NCBI GenBank assembly: GCA_009859145.1
Contig: VRVR01000021.1
Location: 259,656-323,655, forward strand
Reading direction: 5' to 3'
Origin: Andalucia godoyi And28
Taxonomy: Eukaryota; Protista; Jakobida
DNA: 64,000 nt
This document shows, piece after piece, positions 19,614 to 31,800 of the stretch (positions within the stretch are counted from its first letter, which is position 1; every line of letters begins with the position of its first letter). The position numbers were made by a program, and so were the translations under genes. The notes beneath the pieces are model-generated. The model ran no database searches, had not been told where the DNA came from, and saw nothing but the letters and a program-made list of their open reading frames with translations.

Positions 19614-20789
19614 TCACAATTTTCTTGCCTTCTTCACTGCCTTTGCGTCGACAACGGCAGGGGCCGTTCTCTTCTTTGGTCGCGCTACTTCTGTCTCCGC
19701 TATTTCTGCATCTACAGTCTTTGAAGGAGCAACCTTTGCAGGCGTGGTGGTCGTCGGCTGTGCCTGTGACGGCGACTTCGAGAAGTCAGCAGACTTCTTT
19801 GACAAGCGCTCGGCTTTCGGTGAACTGGCTGACAGAGATTTGGCTTCTGGTTTAGGAGACGAAGCCGGGGCAGTCGCATTCTTCTTTTGTTCGGCCTTTT
19901 TTGCACCAATCTTTGTGGACTGAACGAGATTAGCCTTCTCTGCATTTGCTGATTTCAGTTCTTGCTCGGCATCCGCTTTGGTGTTCTTTTTTGCACCACC
20001 AGGCTTTTCCGCCTTCTCCGTCTTTTCCGCAGTGACTCCGTTGGATTTCTTTTCCTGCTGCACGCTGTCACTCTGCGCTGGGACCTTGAATACATAGTTC
20101 CAAACTGGGAGTGCAACGCTCTCCTTTGTTTTGATGTTCAGAGCCTGGATCGGCTGACCCACTGCTTGGGAGACCGGCTGGACGACAGCGAAGAAGTTGT
20201 CGAGCAGATGTTCAGTGTCCATCGTAGTGGACCCAAAGCAAACAGAAACGCACGTTCCTCTTCCATATGACAACAACGTGCTGTGAAGCGTTTTTTCGAT
20301 TTCTCCTCGAATGTGCTTTGTATCCACCTTGATGGCGACTGGCTGCTTCTTTGATTCATAGAACTTGCTTCCCAGAACTCGCGGTAGCGCAGTGATTACT
20401 CGCTCATCAGCAAGGAATACATCAAATGCACCAACCAGTGCCCTTCGTTCTTCAAATGTCTTGAACTTTGTTTTCAGCTTTGCAACGCCCACGACCTTCT
20501 GGACCACTTCTGACAGCCCAAACTTTTGTACGAGTTGCTTGGTTTCTTTGTGCGGATCCTTTGCAATAAGCATAACCTGTGTCTTTCCTTCCGAGAAGAT
20601 GGGGTTTGGGATTGGGATTCGCAGCGGATTCACCCGCGCACGAGCAGGCACCGTTCGGAGTGTGAACTGCATGTACAACGCCTCTCCAGCCTCGCCTTGC
20701 AGCAGATCCTTCGATGCGTTCGCAGCAATATGTTTCTTCAATGCACTTACAGCCTTGCGAACCTGGTCGCGATCCGGAGTTGGTGTCAT
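19614..20789 (-). CDS. RSL1D1: Ribosomal L1 domain-containing protein (RSL1D1/Cic1/Utp30)
   Basis: QVRKAVSALKKH, RIPIPNPI, LKTKFKTFEERRAL, FDVFLADERVITALPRVLGSKFY, IKTKESVALPVW; Lys/Ala-rich tail. Confidence 0.9.
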   Translation of the reverse strand: MTPTPDRDQVRKAVSALKKHIAANASKDLLQGEAGEALYMQFTLRTVPARARVNPLRIPIPNPIFSEGKTQVMLIAKDPHKETKQLVQKFGLSEVVQKVVGVAKLKTKFKTFEERRALVGAFDVFLADERVITALPRVLGSKFYESKKQPVAIKVDTKHIRGEIEKTLHSTLLSYGRGTCVSVCFGSTTMDTEHLLDNFFAVVQPVSQAVGQPIQALNIKTKESVALPVWNYVFKVPAQSDSVQQEKKSNGVTAEKTEKAEKPGGAKKNTKADAEQELKSANAEKANLVQSTKIGAKKAEQKKNATAPASSPKPEAKSLSASSPKAERLSKKSADFSKSPSQAQPTTTTPAKVAPSKTVDAEIAETEVARPKKRTAPAVVDAKAVKKARKL

Positions 20790-21084
20790 TCCTCCCAAAA
20801 ATTAAAAAATCCTTCCACAAATCCCCCGGGACAGAACCACAACCGAGCAAAAACGCAAAGATGAAAACACAAAGATGAATTGAACAAAATCATCGAAAGA
20901 GAAGCGATGAAAACATCAAAATGCAACAACTTTTTACTTGGCTTTTCAAAAACCGCACACCGAAGCGCGAAAGATTCGAGGATGCATCAATTGATGCAAT
21001 AAAAAGCCCCTCTCCTTGTTCGCAATGCGTGGACTCACGATTCGCAGACGGGCGCGGAGAGAATAGGAGATAGATGAGAGATGA

Positions 21085-21126
21085 GAGATAGGAGATAGGA
21101 GATAGGAGATAGGAGATAGGAGATAG
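21085..21126 (+). repeat. (GAGATAG)6 tandem heptamer just upstream of MED31
   Basis: Six perfect copies read directly, ending 14 nt before the ATG. Confidence 0.9.
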
Positions 21127-21140
21127 GAGAATAGAAAAGG

Positions 21141-21524
21141 ATGGCTGGACAAGAGAGAGGAGAATGGAGTGGGTCTGATTTGCAGAGATTTCGTCAAGAC
21201 GTAGAGTTCATCGAGCTGTTGGCGAATCCAGAGTATTTGCATACGCTGGCGGTTCGAAAGTACTTTGATGATGCATTGTTCTTGTCGTATCTCAGTGCAC
21301 TTCGAAAGCGGTTTTCTGAGCCGTCGTTTTCTGCGTGGATCCGATTCCCAGTCGCACTGACCATGTTGCATCTGCTTCAGGACCCCCTGTTTCGAAAGGA
21401 ACTGCTGGAGCCGGCATTCTTCCAGTACATTCACTCCCAAATGGTCCTTCACTGGACCCATGCTGAGCGCACCACTCCCATCACCGACACCCCGCGAAGA
21501 CCAGCGTCCAACCTCAGTGTATAG
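21141..21524 (+). CDS. MED31: Mediator subunit 31 (SOH1)
   Basis: RFRQDVEFIELLANPEYLHTLA...YFDD..F..YL...P.....IRFP.AL.ML.LLQ...FRKEL matches the SOH1 pattern. Confidence 0.92.
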   Translation: MAGQERGEWSGSDLQRFRQDVEFIELLANPEYLHTLAVRKYFDDALFLSYLSALRKRFSEPSFSAWIRFPVALTMLHLLQDPLFRKELLEPAFFQYIHSQMVLHWTHAERTTPITDTPRRPASNLSV

Positions 21525-21742
21525 GTTCACGAGCAGACGCTCCCACTCCCACTCCCACTCACAATCATCTACCATTAATCATTAATTGAAAAAGTAAAAA
21601 TGAAGAGATGTACATGCATATACACGCAAACACGAGATTTCTTATCTTGTGCTGGTTTACTGGTGGATGTGTTCATATTTCTTCTGGTAAAGCCTCTTCT
21701 CTCTCTCTGTGCTGATACTTTCCCCCCTTCACTGAGAGTCAC

Positions 21743-22306
21743 CTATGAGCTGCTGGAGTCCGAGTGGAAGACAGCGACTCCTCTTCGCAGCGCGACGTCC
21801 TGTGGAGTTTCGAGGAGTTTGAGAGCGTCGAAAGCGGCTTTGATGACGTTTAGCTTGTTTGTGGATCCATGGACCTTTGCCGAGATGTCTTGGATACCGG
21901 CAACCTGAGCAATTGCCGTGATGTTCCGATTTGCACGAATTCCCGAGTTGACACGCGCAGGACGCAGCTCGACAATTGTTTCGCAGTGCTCGGCCTTGAC
22001 TGCATGTGTGATGGTCTGTCGTGCCGTCGCTTGAGAAACGTCTGCAGGCTGCTCAAGGAAGATCCGTGTTCTTCTCGACTGTTCAAGAGCCTTCTGCACA
22101 GCACTCGGAACATCAAGAGCCTTTCCATATCCATACCCAACACACCCAGAAAGATTTCCAGAAACTACAAGTGCAGTGAATCCAAGAACTTTGCCGCCTT
22201 TCGTCACTTTCGTCACTCGCCGAACATCAAGAACTCGCACTTCCTCCGGCGCTCGGCCTCCTGCACGCGGAAACGCAGACGAAAACATCCGACGCAACAA
22301 CAACAT
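21743..22306 (-). CDS. MRPS5: Mitochondrial ribosomal protein uS5m (compact, bacteria-like)
   Basis: RRVTKVTKGGK...FTALVVSGN..G.VGYGYGKA.DV..AVQKA; AGIQDISAKVHGSTN..NV.KA; Arg/Ser-rich N-terminal presequence MLLLRRMFSS. Confidence 0.9.
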   Translation of the reverse strand: MLLLRRMFSSAFPRAGGRAPEEVRVLDVRRVTKVTKGGKVLGFTALVVSGNLSGCVGYGYGKALDVPSAVQKALEQSRRTRIFLEQPADVSQATARQTITHAVKAEHCETIVELRPARVNSGIRANRNITAIAQVAGIQDISAKVHGSTNKLNVIKAAFDALKLLETPQDVALRRGVAVFHSDSSSS

Positions 22307-22871
22307 CCTTCTTCAATGTTCCCTTAAAAATGCCTGAAATCGGTCTTGTCAAAAAAATCAAAAAAATCTGCCAAATATCTAAACGCTAAGCGCATCTCCG
22401 AGCAAGAGTCCAGAAACAAGGAACGAACGAACGGAAGAGAGGAAGAGAGACAAGAAAAAAAAAGGCGATCATGCAAGTCTCAAGTATCAAAAGTCTCAAG
22501 TCGTCGATTACCAGCCAGGTCCGTTCCTTCGGCCGGTTCACGAGTCTTTCGGATTCTGAATTTCTAAATGTCTTCTTTCTTTCCTATTGCATCTGTCTAG
22601 AGTTTCTTGATTCTTCATATCATTCCAAAGAAAAAGAAAAGAAAAAACAACAACAACAACAATAATTATAACAACAACATTCACAGGGTAATTAATTGCT
22701 TCTCTTTCTCATTTTCTCATTTATTCCTTTTCGTTCTCCGCTAACATTCGCGTTTTTCTGTTTTTAGGGATTTTCATATTCCAGCAACAGTCATTATTTC
22801 AATATCCCCTATCATTATCACTATCATTATCATTTTAAGTTTTCGCCTCGCCTTCCTGTATATCACAAAAA

Positions 22872-25800
22872 ATGATGTTGCATCGATTTTCAAATCACAA
22901 CAGATATTCTTCTCTGCTCGCCGTGCTGTTGTTTGTGCTTCTTTTGTTGCATCATCGATCCTTGTTAGTGTCTTCGGAGAGGTGGGACGCCACCGCGGGT
23001 AAGGCCTGGGCGGCCTCCACGAACAATTGGAATCCAAAGGTAATTCCCAATGATTTTACAAAGCCTGTGCTTTTCGGCGCGCTTCCAAACGTTGGAGAAA
23101 TCATCTTGATCGACGCAAAGTATTCTGCATATTCCATGACAGCCTGGTCAACCCCGGCTTCGCGAAAATTTTCTTGCTCCGTGGCCTTGTGCGGGGTCAC
23201 CGCTGCACCAACGTTTGGGAATTTTACTATTAACGGATGGACATTTGATGGTGGCTCAGGGGCAATGACGCTTGCATTATCCGACTCGCCTGCAGCCTCC
23301 AACTTTCTTTCCTCCGGGTTTGCAGGCAGCGTGTCGATTGCTTTCAGCAACACGGGGTTGTTGACAATCAGCCCCACTACCACTTTGCCGACACTTTCCA
23401 TCGCTTCGGGGACTCCTCTTTCACTGTACAGCATTGCAAATTCTCCGTCGGTCAATTCATTGACAATGACCAGTGCGGGAATCACCACGTTTTACGGGGC
23501 CACGCTTGTGACATCTGTCGTTCAGACGGGATTGGGGACGTTTGCAACTGTCCCAGGCAGCTTAGCGATTACTTTTCAAGATAGTTGGCAGGTTCTCGGT
23601 AGTTCCCCAGTCTTTAAATTCTCCACCTCCATGTCAATCAAGACTGCGGATCTTTCCATTGTGGGCGACATCAACCCATCCTTTGTCTGCGACACTTTGG
23701 TCAATTGCAACATCACTGCGTCGACCATTGACTTTGTAGCTGGATCGACTGTGCAGCTGGGAGCAGGTTTCACGTTGTATCTCCAAGCGCTACCCTACAC
23801 CGATCCTGCACCTCTTACTTTTACTGGCAGTGGAGTACTTTCTCTTGCAAGTACGAGTGTTGCTGTGCCAACGTGCTCGGCCAGTAATGTTCAATTTTCA
23901 GGCAGTGTATCCTGGGGCCCATGTCTTCAGGTCACCATTGGTAATTTAGATTTGGGAACCTCTGGATTCAGTCTGTCTTGTCCACTTCAGTTGAACACGA
24001 AAGTTACGTCGTCATCTCAATCAGCATTCGTTACGGCAAGCTCCGTGTCTGTGTCTTCCGCGGCAGGATCCTTCGTCTTTGCAAATGCGGCGCCATTGAC
24101 TATGAAATCCACGGTCTTTATGAATGGGCAGTCTGTGAGCGTCATGTCAGACTTGTCCTTCCCCACCCTCTCCATCACAGCATCACAGTCTTGGTCCTGT
24201 GCATCTGCAAAGTGCATCATCACGGTGGGTACACTCTACTTGAATGGAAATGTTTGGATCCTGGACAGCAAGACACAGTTAATCGTTAACTCAACAATTA
24301 CTTCGTCATCGGGTGCCTACATTTCAGTGCCTCTCATGTTCATCGGCAATTCATCGTCGTTCTCATTTTTTGGATCAGGATCTTTGCAGTTGTCTACACT
24401 TCTATCCATTAACACTTCCACTATCAATACCCAGCCCGCGCTCCAAATTTCAACTGTGAATTCAATGGTTTTGAACTATTTTAGGTGCTCGGGCACTTCG
24501 ACATGCTCGATGGAGGTGGGGAGCATGCAGGTGTATTCGGGGTCCGTGAGTTTGGATGGAGGAGCGACGCTGTATCTGAACAATTCTTTGCTGTCCTCGG
24601 GAACGTTTTCTGTGACGGGTGGCAGCAAGGTGTATCTTGGTAGCGTGCTGAATTCTGCATTTGCGATTTCCGGAGTGAGCAAGTTGTTGCTGCAGAATCC
24701 GGAGACGATTGTGCGGACGTCTGCGCTGACGACGTCTGGGGACGTGTATGTGGATTCGCTCACCGTTTCTGGCAGCCAGTCGTGGGTGTGCAGCGGATCT
24801 GTTTCTAGCTGTCGAGTGTTTGGAGGCAGTGTCGTAGCCTCGCTGACGACGTGGAGCATAGGGTCGACGCTAGGGTTCTATGCCAACAACAGCATACAGA
24901 TATTGTCTGCTTCTACGACAATCTGGGGATCATCAAACATATTTTTGGGCAATTCAAGCGTCTCTGTGTTTGCGATATCCGGGTTGCTGTATGTTCGTGC
25001 TCAAGCGACGTTGCTGTCTCGGTCATTGTCGTTGAACAGCGATTTCCTGCCAGATGTGTTGGTGCTGCCAATGGCAGGATCCGGGTCTGGGTCTCAGATA
25101 TCGTGTTCTGTTGCGGTGTGTCGGGTTGTTGCAGGGACAGTTTCGACCGTTTCGGGAACTGTTAGTTTTGCAGCGAACGTGTATTTGCAGCTGAATTCGA
25201 CGCTGTTGACGACAGATGTCTCCGGGTCGTTATCGCTGTGGGCGGGGCAGCTGATTTTTGGCAACTCTTCAATGTTTTCTGTTGTGAATGTCGGGGATTT
25301 GGCGTTGAAGAGCTCCGTGATCAGCTTTCGGTCGTCGGCGTTCAGTTTTTCCGGGCGTGTGCAAGCAGACTCTGTGGAGGTGCAGCCAGCAACGCAAACG
25401 TGGAGTTGCGCAGTGGCCGGGTCTTGCGCAGTGGCAATGGGGGAATTGTTTCTTGGGTCTAGCATCCTCAGTGCAACGGGAGTGAACGAGGTGATCGTCA
25501 ATTCTTCGGTGTCCTCCGTGACAGGATCGCAGATATCTGTGCAGCAGTTGAGGATTGGCAATTCCACGTCTTTCCGGTTTTCAGGAAGCGGTGTGTTGCG
25601 AGTTGTGGGGCCTGTTGCTGCAAATGTTTCGACTGTGTATTTGACCAGTGCACCGTCGATATCGACACTTCAATCCATGGAGCTGGCAGCATTGGTGTGC
25701 TCGGGCACTTCGACATGCTCGATGGAGGTGGGGAGCATGCAGGTGTATTCGGGGTCCGTGAGTTTGGATGGAGGAGCGACGCTGTATCTGAACAATTCTT

Positions 25801-28800
25801 TGCTGTCCTCGGGAACGTTTTCTGTGACGGGTGGCAGCAAGGTGTATCTTGGTAGCGTGCTGAATTCTGCATTTGCGATTTCCGGAGTGAGCAAGTTGTT
25901 GCTGCAGAATCCGGAGACGATTGTGCGGACGTCTGCGCTGACGACGTCTGGGGACGTGTATGTGGATTCGCTCACCGTTCTGTCAGATCAGAGCTGGAAT
26001 TGCGCGAGTGTTGCTAGTTGTTCTGTGAGCCTTTCGCGATTGGACTTGGGTTCTTTCTCTCTTTCTTGGGCATCTGATTTGCATGTGTTAGTGAACACTT
26101 CAATGTCTGTTGCGTCTGGCTTTTTATCATGTGGATCTCCCTTGACAATTGGAAACGTCTCAAACAACTTCTTTTTTGCTAGCACGTCTTCTCTGCGTGT
26201 TTCGGGCAGTTTGGTTGTTAGCACACAGCGTGTGGTTGCTTCCTCGTCATCATTTCTGTTGAATGTTTCGTCCTCAGTTTTCGGCTCGCAATCATCGTCT
26301 GTGCAGAATTTGACTCTTCGCACGTCACTGCTGTCCTTTCCAGCTTTTTCGTTTTTATCTCCTTCTGTGGGTATAGTCGATGTCGTGGACGTGACAGTCT
26401 CTGATCTTGTTTTGTCCCCTTTGTGTTCTTTGTCCGTTGGGAATCTGTCGGTTCCTTCCGGAATGCTGATTCTTAATCAGGCTGCTCTTGCCGTCAACTT
26501 ATCAATGCTCGTTCAAACAATCTCCGTTGTACACAAAGGATATCTTACTACCAGTGCGTTTACAGATGTGATCAACGTTTCCAAGCTTTCTGTTTCCGAT
26601 CAGTCCGTTGCTGTTCTAAAGGGGACTTTTCATCAGTCAATTCCCTACGGATATTGCTCGAACTCTTCGTTTTTGCAGATTATGGAATTTTCGGCAGTGG
26701 GTGGTGTTTCAGCCTTTAGCACATTACGCATGGAGAGTTTGTGCAAATTGTCGATTTTTTCTGATGTGACATTCCAAAACGTGTTATCGTTCAATAGTAC
26801 GACTGAGGTTTTTGCGAAAAGTACTGTCCAACTCTTGTCCGTTTTCAACAATTCTGTCCTTTTGGGTGATTCGCAGTATACTTCTGCAGTTCTGAATTTT
26901 TCTGGTTTGAATCTCGTTGAATCAGTTGGTCTAAGCGTCGGAAATTTGAATTTCGTGGACGAGAACTGCGATGTTTCGTTCTCTGGTGGAGTGAACGTGA
27001 CGGTCTCCGCCGTTTTGTCATCATCCTCTCCAAGGGTGTCGACGTTTGGATGGTTTTCCATCACGCTTTTACAGGACTTGCCTTTCCAGTTAGCCGTTCA
27101 ACAGGATTTCTCCATACATACGAATGGCTCAATCCGTCTGTCGCAGCGTCTCGGCGGCTCCTTGTCTTACTCGAATATGTTGTTTGATGGCGTTGTGCAC
27201 TGCAAAGGCCTGCAGATGATCGATGTACGAAATGCAACCTTCACTCGCGATTCTTTTGTGAACGGGTCCCTCTCGGTTTCAAATGGATATGCTGTATTTT
27301 TCAGCGTATTTAATTATTCCGACATTTCTTTGATGGACTCAACTGCTTCCATCGTGCACACGGAGCTTGATCGGGCTGTTCCTCTGGTTGTAAGCAACAA
27401 GTCAGTGCTGTCTTTCTCGGATGTTTCACGATTTCCAAGCCCAATGTTTTTGTCTGCATTCATTAGCAATGGTTCCACAGTTGTGTTTCCTCCGGTGTCA
27501 CCGACCGTTCTGGTCGTTGATTTGACATTGTTAGCAAGCACTATGTCTTGGTATGGCGTATCCACGGCGTTTTCTGTTTTAAACACATCTGATTCTCGTA
27601 TCGCAATCGGACACTCTTCCGTGAACGTGTTTTCCCTGACCGCATTAAACTCAACGTTCGTTGGATTGTCCAACCCTACTTCTTGCAGCATTCTGCTGAA
27701 CAAGACACTGGATGTTGGTGCTGCCAACCGGTTGGACATGGGTTGTAACTTGACTCTTGTAGCCGGACTTACTTTGCAGGACAGTGGGTCATTCGTTCTG
27801 CATAATGCGTCTTCGCTGTTTCTGCAGCCGTACGCAACGGTGCTCCTGCGAAGAATGAATCCACTGGGATCCTTGTTTTTCTCTTCATCTGGGAATTCAT
27901 TGGTTGTGATTCCGCTTTCCGCTCAAGTTGTCGTGGATGATTGTGATGGGACACTGTCGATTCCCATTCGTTCTTCTGGTTCGTTGTCGGTTATCGGGCC
28001 ATCGGTACTTTTAATTGACAATCTCTGGTGCTCTGGCCCGCTATCGACAGTGGGCGTGTCCAGCGATTCTTCGGTTGCATTTAACCAGTTATTGCTGTCG
28101 GACTTTGCAAATTTCTCCTCGTCCTCATCGTCACTCTCCGTGGGGTCGATGAACGTGTCTAGCGGGATTTTGAATTTGCATGCAGCTGCAATTTCTGTAT
28201 TTTCCGTGCAAACTGCTTTGTTGAATCTGGATGGTATCGTTTCAGTCCAGTTTCTTGATTTACTGAAGGATTCAGAGTTCAACGTGTCGTCATCCAATGG
28301 TCAGCTTTCCAGTAATTGTTCCACCGGATCTTTGCAGTTTCTTATGCACTCTAAGATCCAACTGGCTTCCGGATCGCGTATCAATACTGGTTGCCTTATC
28401 TTGGTGGACCAATCATCTGTGTCATCCCGTGCGGGTTCCGTTTCCTTTCGGTTCTACGGCCCAGACGGCTACTTGGCCCTCCTGCACAACAGTTCTATGG
28501 ACGTCGTCAACACCTCCATGGTTATCAGCGAGGACGGTTTGCAAGGCCTCACGCGATTGCAGGTTGGCAGTGCAGAGTCCGTAGACGCGGACTATTCTGG
28601 TGTTTCTGTTGGAAATGGTAGTATTGTGTCTTTCGATGCCGGCGTATCACTGAGCGGTACTCTCGATGTCGGTCAATGTGAAGTGAACATACTTAGGAAT
28701 TTTCGCGTTGCGAACGGCACTGTATTCCAGCACGGATTTTTGGAATCCAGTTCTACAGTTAATGTTGCAGGAGTCTTGGTTGTCAGTGGTTCCAGAGCTC

Positions 28801-31800
28801 AATATGTTCAGCAATCTGGGTCCATTTCCGTTTCCCCCTTGGCGTTTGTGGAATTTCAAGAAAAGTCACTGCTTCGGCAGGAGTCCGTTTTCTCCCTTTT
28901 GCTCGTTCATGGCTTCGGCGTGGTTCGTTTTGTCTCTTCCGCTTCTTTCCTTTCCGGTCAGGGCGTGGGTCTTTTGAATGTGACTTCCAACGGTGCTGTA
29001 TTTGCAAATACGTCAACCATCGTTTTCGGAGAAGTTTTTGTAGCTGGGAAAAACGCCTCTTTAAGGATTACGGCGCCACTGGATGTTTTGCCTGCATGCA
29101 CCATATACGCCACGAAGGTATCGGTTTTTGCGGACGGTGTTGCGGATTTTGGGGACTGCGCGTCGTTAATCGTGGCACAGAGCCTTTTGCTGTCCAATTC
29201 GTCTGTTTCCGTTTACGGGGCAACAGTTGCGGATTTCAATGTTTCCGGCGCTGGGACTCGGGTCTTGGTCGGGAGGTCCTTCAGAATAACTCGGAACTCG
29301 TTCGTTGCACCATTCTCTTCTCTGTCCGTTGCGTACCAGTTGTCCACATTTGCCAATATTTTCATCGGGAACTTGGGACAATGTTCTTTGTCTGTCGAAG
29401 GAGGACTTTCGTCGATGACCGTGCAATCGCATGCCCTACTGCTTACGGAGTGCTCTCTCGGGGCCAATGGGTCACTACATTTGGATGTGAGTTCTTCCGT
29501 CGTGCTATCATCAGCCTGGATTCGTATGGAATCTGGCGGTTCCATGACGATGTCTCCGGGATCGGAGGTTGCGGCTGCCATACCGACATCAGACAGCGGC
29601 ATATTCGTTTCCTCTGGGTCGTCGTCGTCGACAGTCGACAACGGCCTCCTGACGATCAACAACGCAAGCCTCGCTGTTCCTTTTGTCATCGAAGGAAACT
29701 TCACTGTGTGTGGAAGTGGAGCGACACGTCTCCGAAAGGACGGCTCGGTTCGAGGAATCAATGGCCGATTGTTTCTGTGCCCATCTGTCGAGGTGTTCAT
29801 GGACGATTCTCTCTCTATTGGAGGTGGTGCCACCTTCACGGCTGGTGCGTCAAGCGTGGTTAACGTGGGAGCACTGCATAATTTGTCAATCAGCAATTCC
29901 ACAGTGTCCTTGGATTCAAACAGTCAAATCCGTCTACGCGGAGATGGACTGGTTTTTGGCAATTCTTCAATCGTGGGAAACGGAAGTGTCGTTTTGTACG
30001 GGTCTCGCTTGTCTGTGTTTGGATCAGATACAATATCTCTGTACTCGCTTGCGCTTCCTGTGGATGGATCTGTGTTTTCCGTGTCCAGTGTGCTCAGCGG
30101 GGTATCAATTTCTCAACTAAGTATTCTCACTGCTTCTGTTGCAGATATGACGAACGTCACCGTATCTGTCTTCTTTGGAGGAGTGTCGTTGATGAACGGT
30201 GGGTCGTTGCTCCTTTCGAACGCTTCTGCCGGCACCCTGAGCGCCAGTGATTTTGACCTGTACATATCCAAGGAGTTCCGGGTTGACAATGACATTACAT
30301 TGAATGGGAATGTGTCGATCTCGGGGTTGAAGGGCTGCTTGTTGGCTGGGCATGCAAATGTGACAGTGTCCGACGCGTTCGTTCGCATGATGTGCAACCT
30401 GTGGTTCTCCAATCGCTTGAATGTTACGAATTCGGTAGTTTCTCATGGGGGTTCGCTGAATAGTTCGTATGCAGCTGGTTCCTTCATAGCCGTTCGGTCG
30501 GTCTGGAATGCTTCCGAGGGGCATGGATGGGACGTATCTGCTTCGGTAGTCGCTGAGCAGTCTCAGCTACGTTTAGCCGCCTCTGGTACTTCCAGACTCG
30601 GGACGTCCGTGTCCTTGTCAGATTCTTCTGTGCACTTCATTGGCGGAGATGTGCTGAGTGGTCCTTGGACTATGCACTCCTCCGTCTTGTCTTCCCCATC
30701 CTGTCTATCCATGTCTTTTTCGTCGTTTGACATCATGAACTCGACGGTCTCTGTTGGTTGTCGAATGCTGTTCTCCAGCTTTTCGAATGCATCCATGTCG
30801 GAATTGACGTTCTTTTCTGGTGGCATGCTCTCGAATTCCTTGTTTCTCGATCGATCTGTGCTGACCTCAAACGGATCGGTCTATTCCGGCGAAACGAAGA
30901 TTCAGTCGTCTCGAATGGAAGTCTTCGATTGTGATTCTGTACGGGTTGCCAGTATTCAAGCACGGAATTCGACGATCTATTCCTCCTGCACGTTGAATGT
31001 GTCTTCCACGCTGGATCTGTACAGTTCCGGGGTTGGGGTTTCTTATGGAGGTCTTCTAGCTGGACCGATGAGCGGAAATTTGTCGACGCTGTCCGTTGTG
31101 GGATCTGTAGTTGCCGACGATGTTTCTCTCTTGGATGCAAATATGATTGTTTATGGCTGTCTCGCGACAACGTTCTCCAGCCTGTCCGTGCTGCGTTCTC
31201 AAATGGTGGTGAATTGTTCGGTTTCCGTCCAATCTCTCACAAGTGTGTCCCTTTCCAACTTTACCGTTGAATTCGGGAACTTTTCGAGCTCCTCTTCAAC
31301 GCTTTTGTCGTCCGCTCTTTTCGTCTCTGGCGGGTCGGTACAAGGGGGCTCGGCAGTGTGGAATGTCACCACTGTTCAGGTACTTGGCTGTTCTAAAGTC
31401 CAGTACGGCACTCTGAGAATTGAGTCTACGTCAGTCAGAATCCAATGTCCGTTTGGAATTTCCAACGAGCTGTCCGCTTCTGCCTCAAACATCACCGTGC
31501 AATCTGGTGGACTGACAACTGGATCAGTAATTGGAGGTAATTCTCAACTGCTGGTGAATGGCACCGTTTTGAGCGGCATGACGACTTGGACTTCTTCGAA
31601 TCTGGTGGTCCGTCATTGTTCCTTGGTGTCATTGCAAAATGCTGTTTTTTCGGATGCGTTCGTTGATGTAGATTGCTCTTTTTCAGTTTTGGATTTCATC
31701 AACGCCTCGAGATCGGTTGTGACGGTTCAGGGACTGTCTTCTGTGTTTTCCTCGGGTTCCCTTTTCTCGAATTCATCGTCATTCCATCTGCCGGAAGCCG

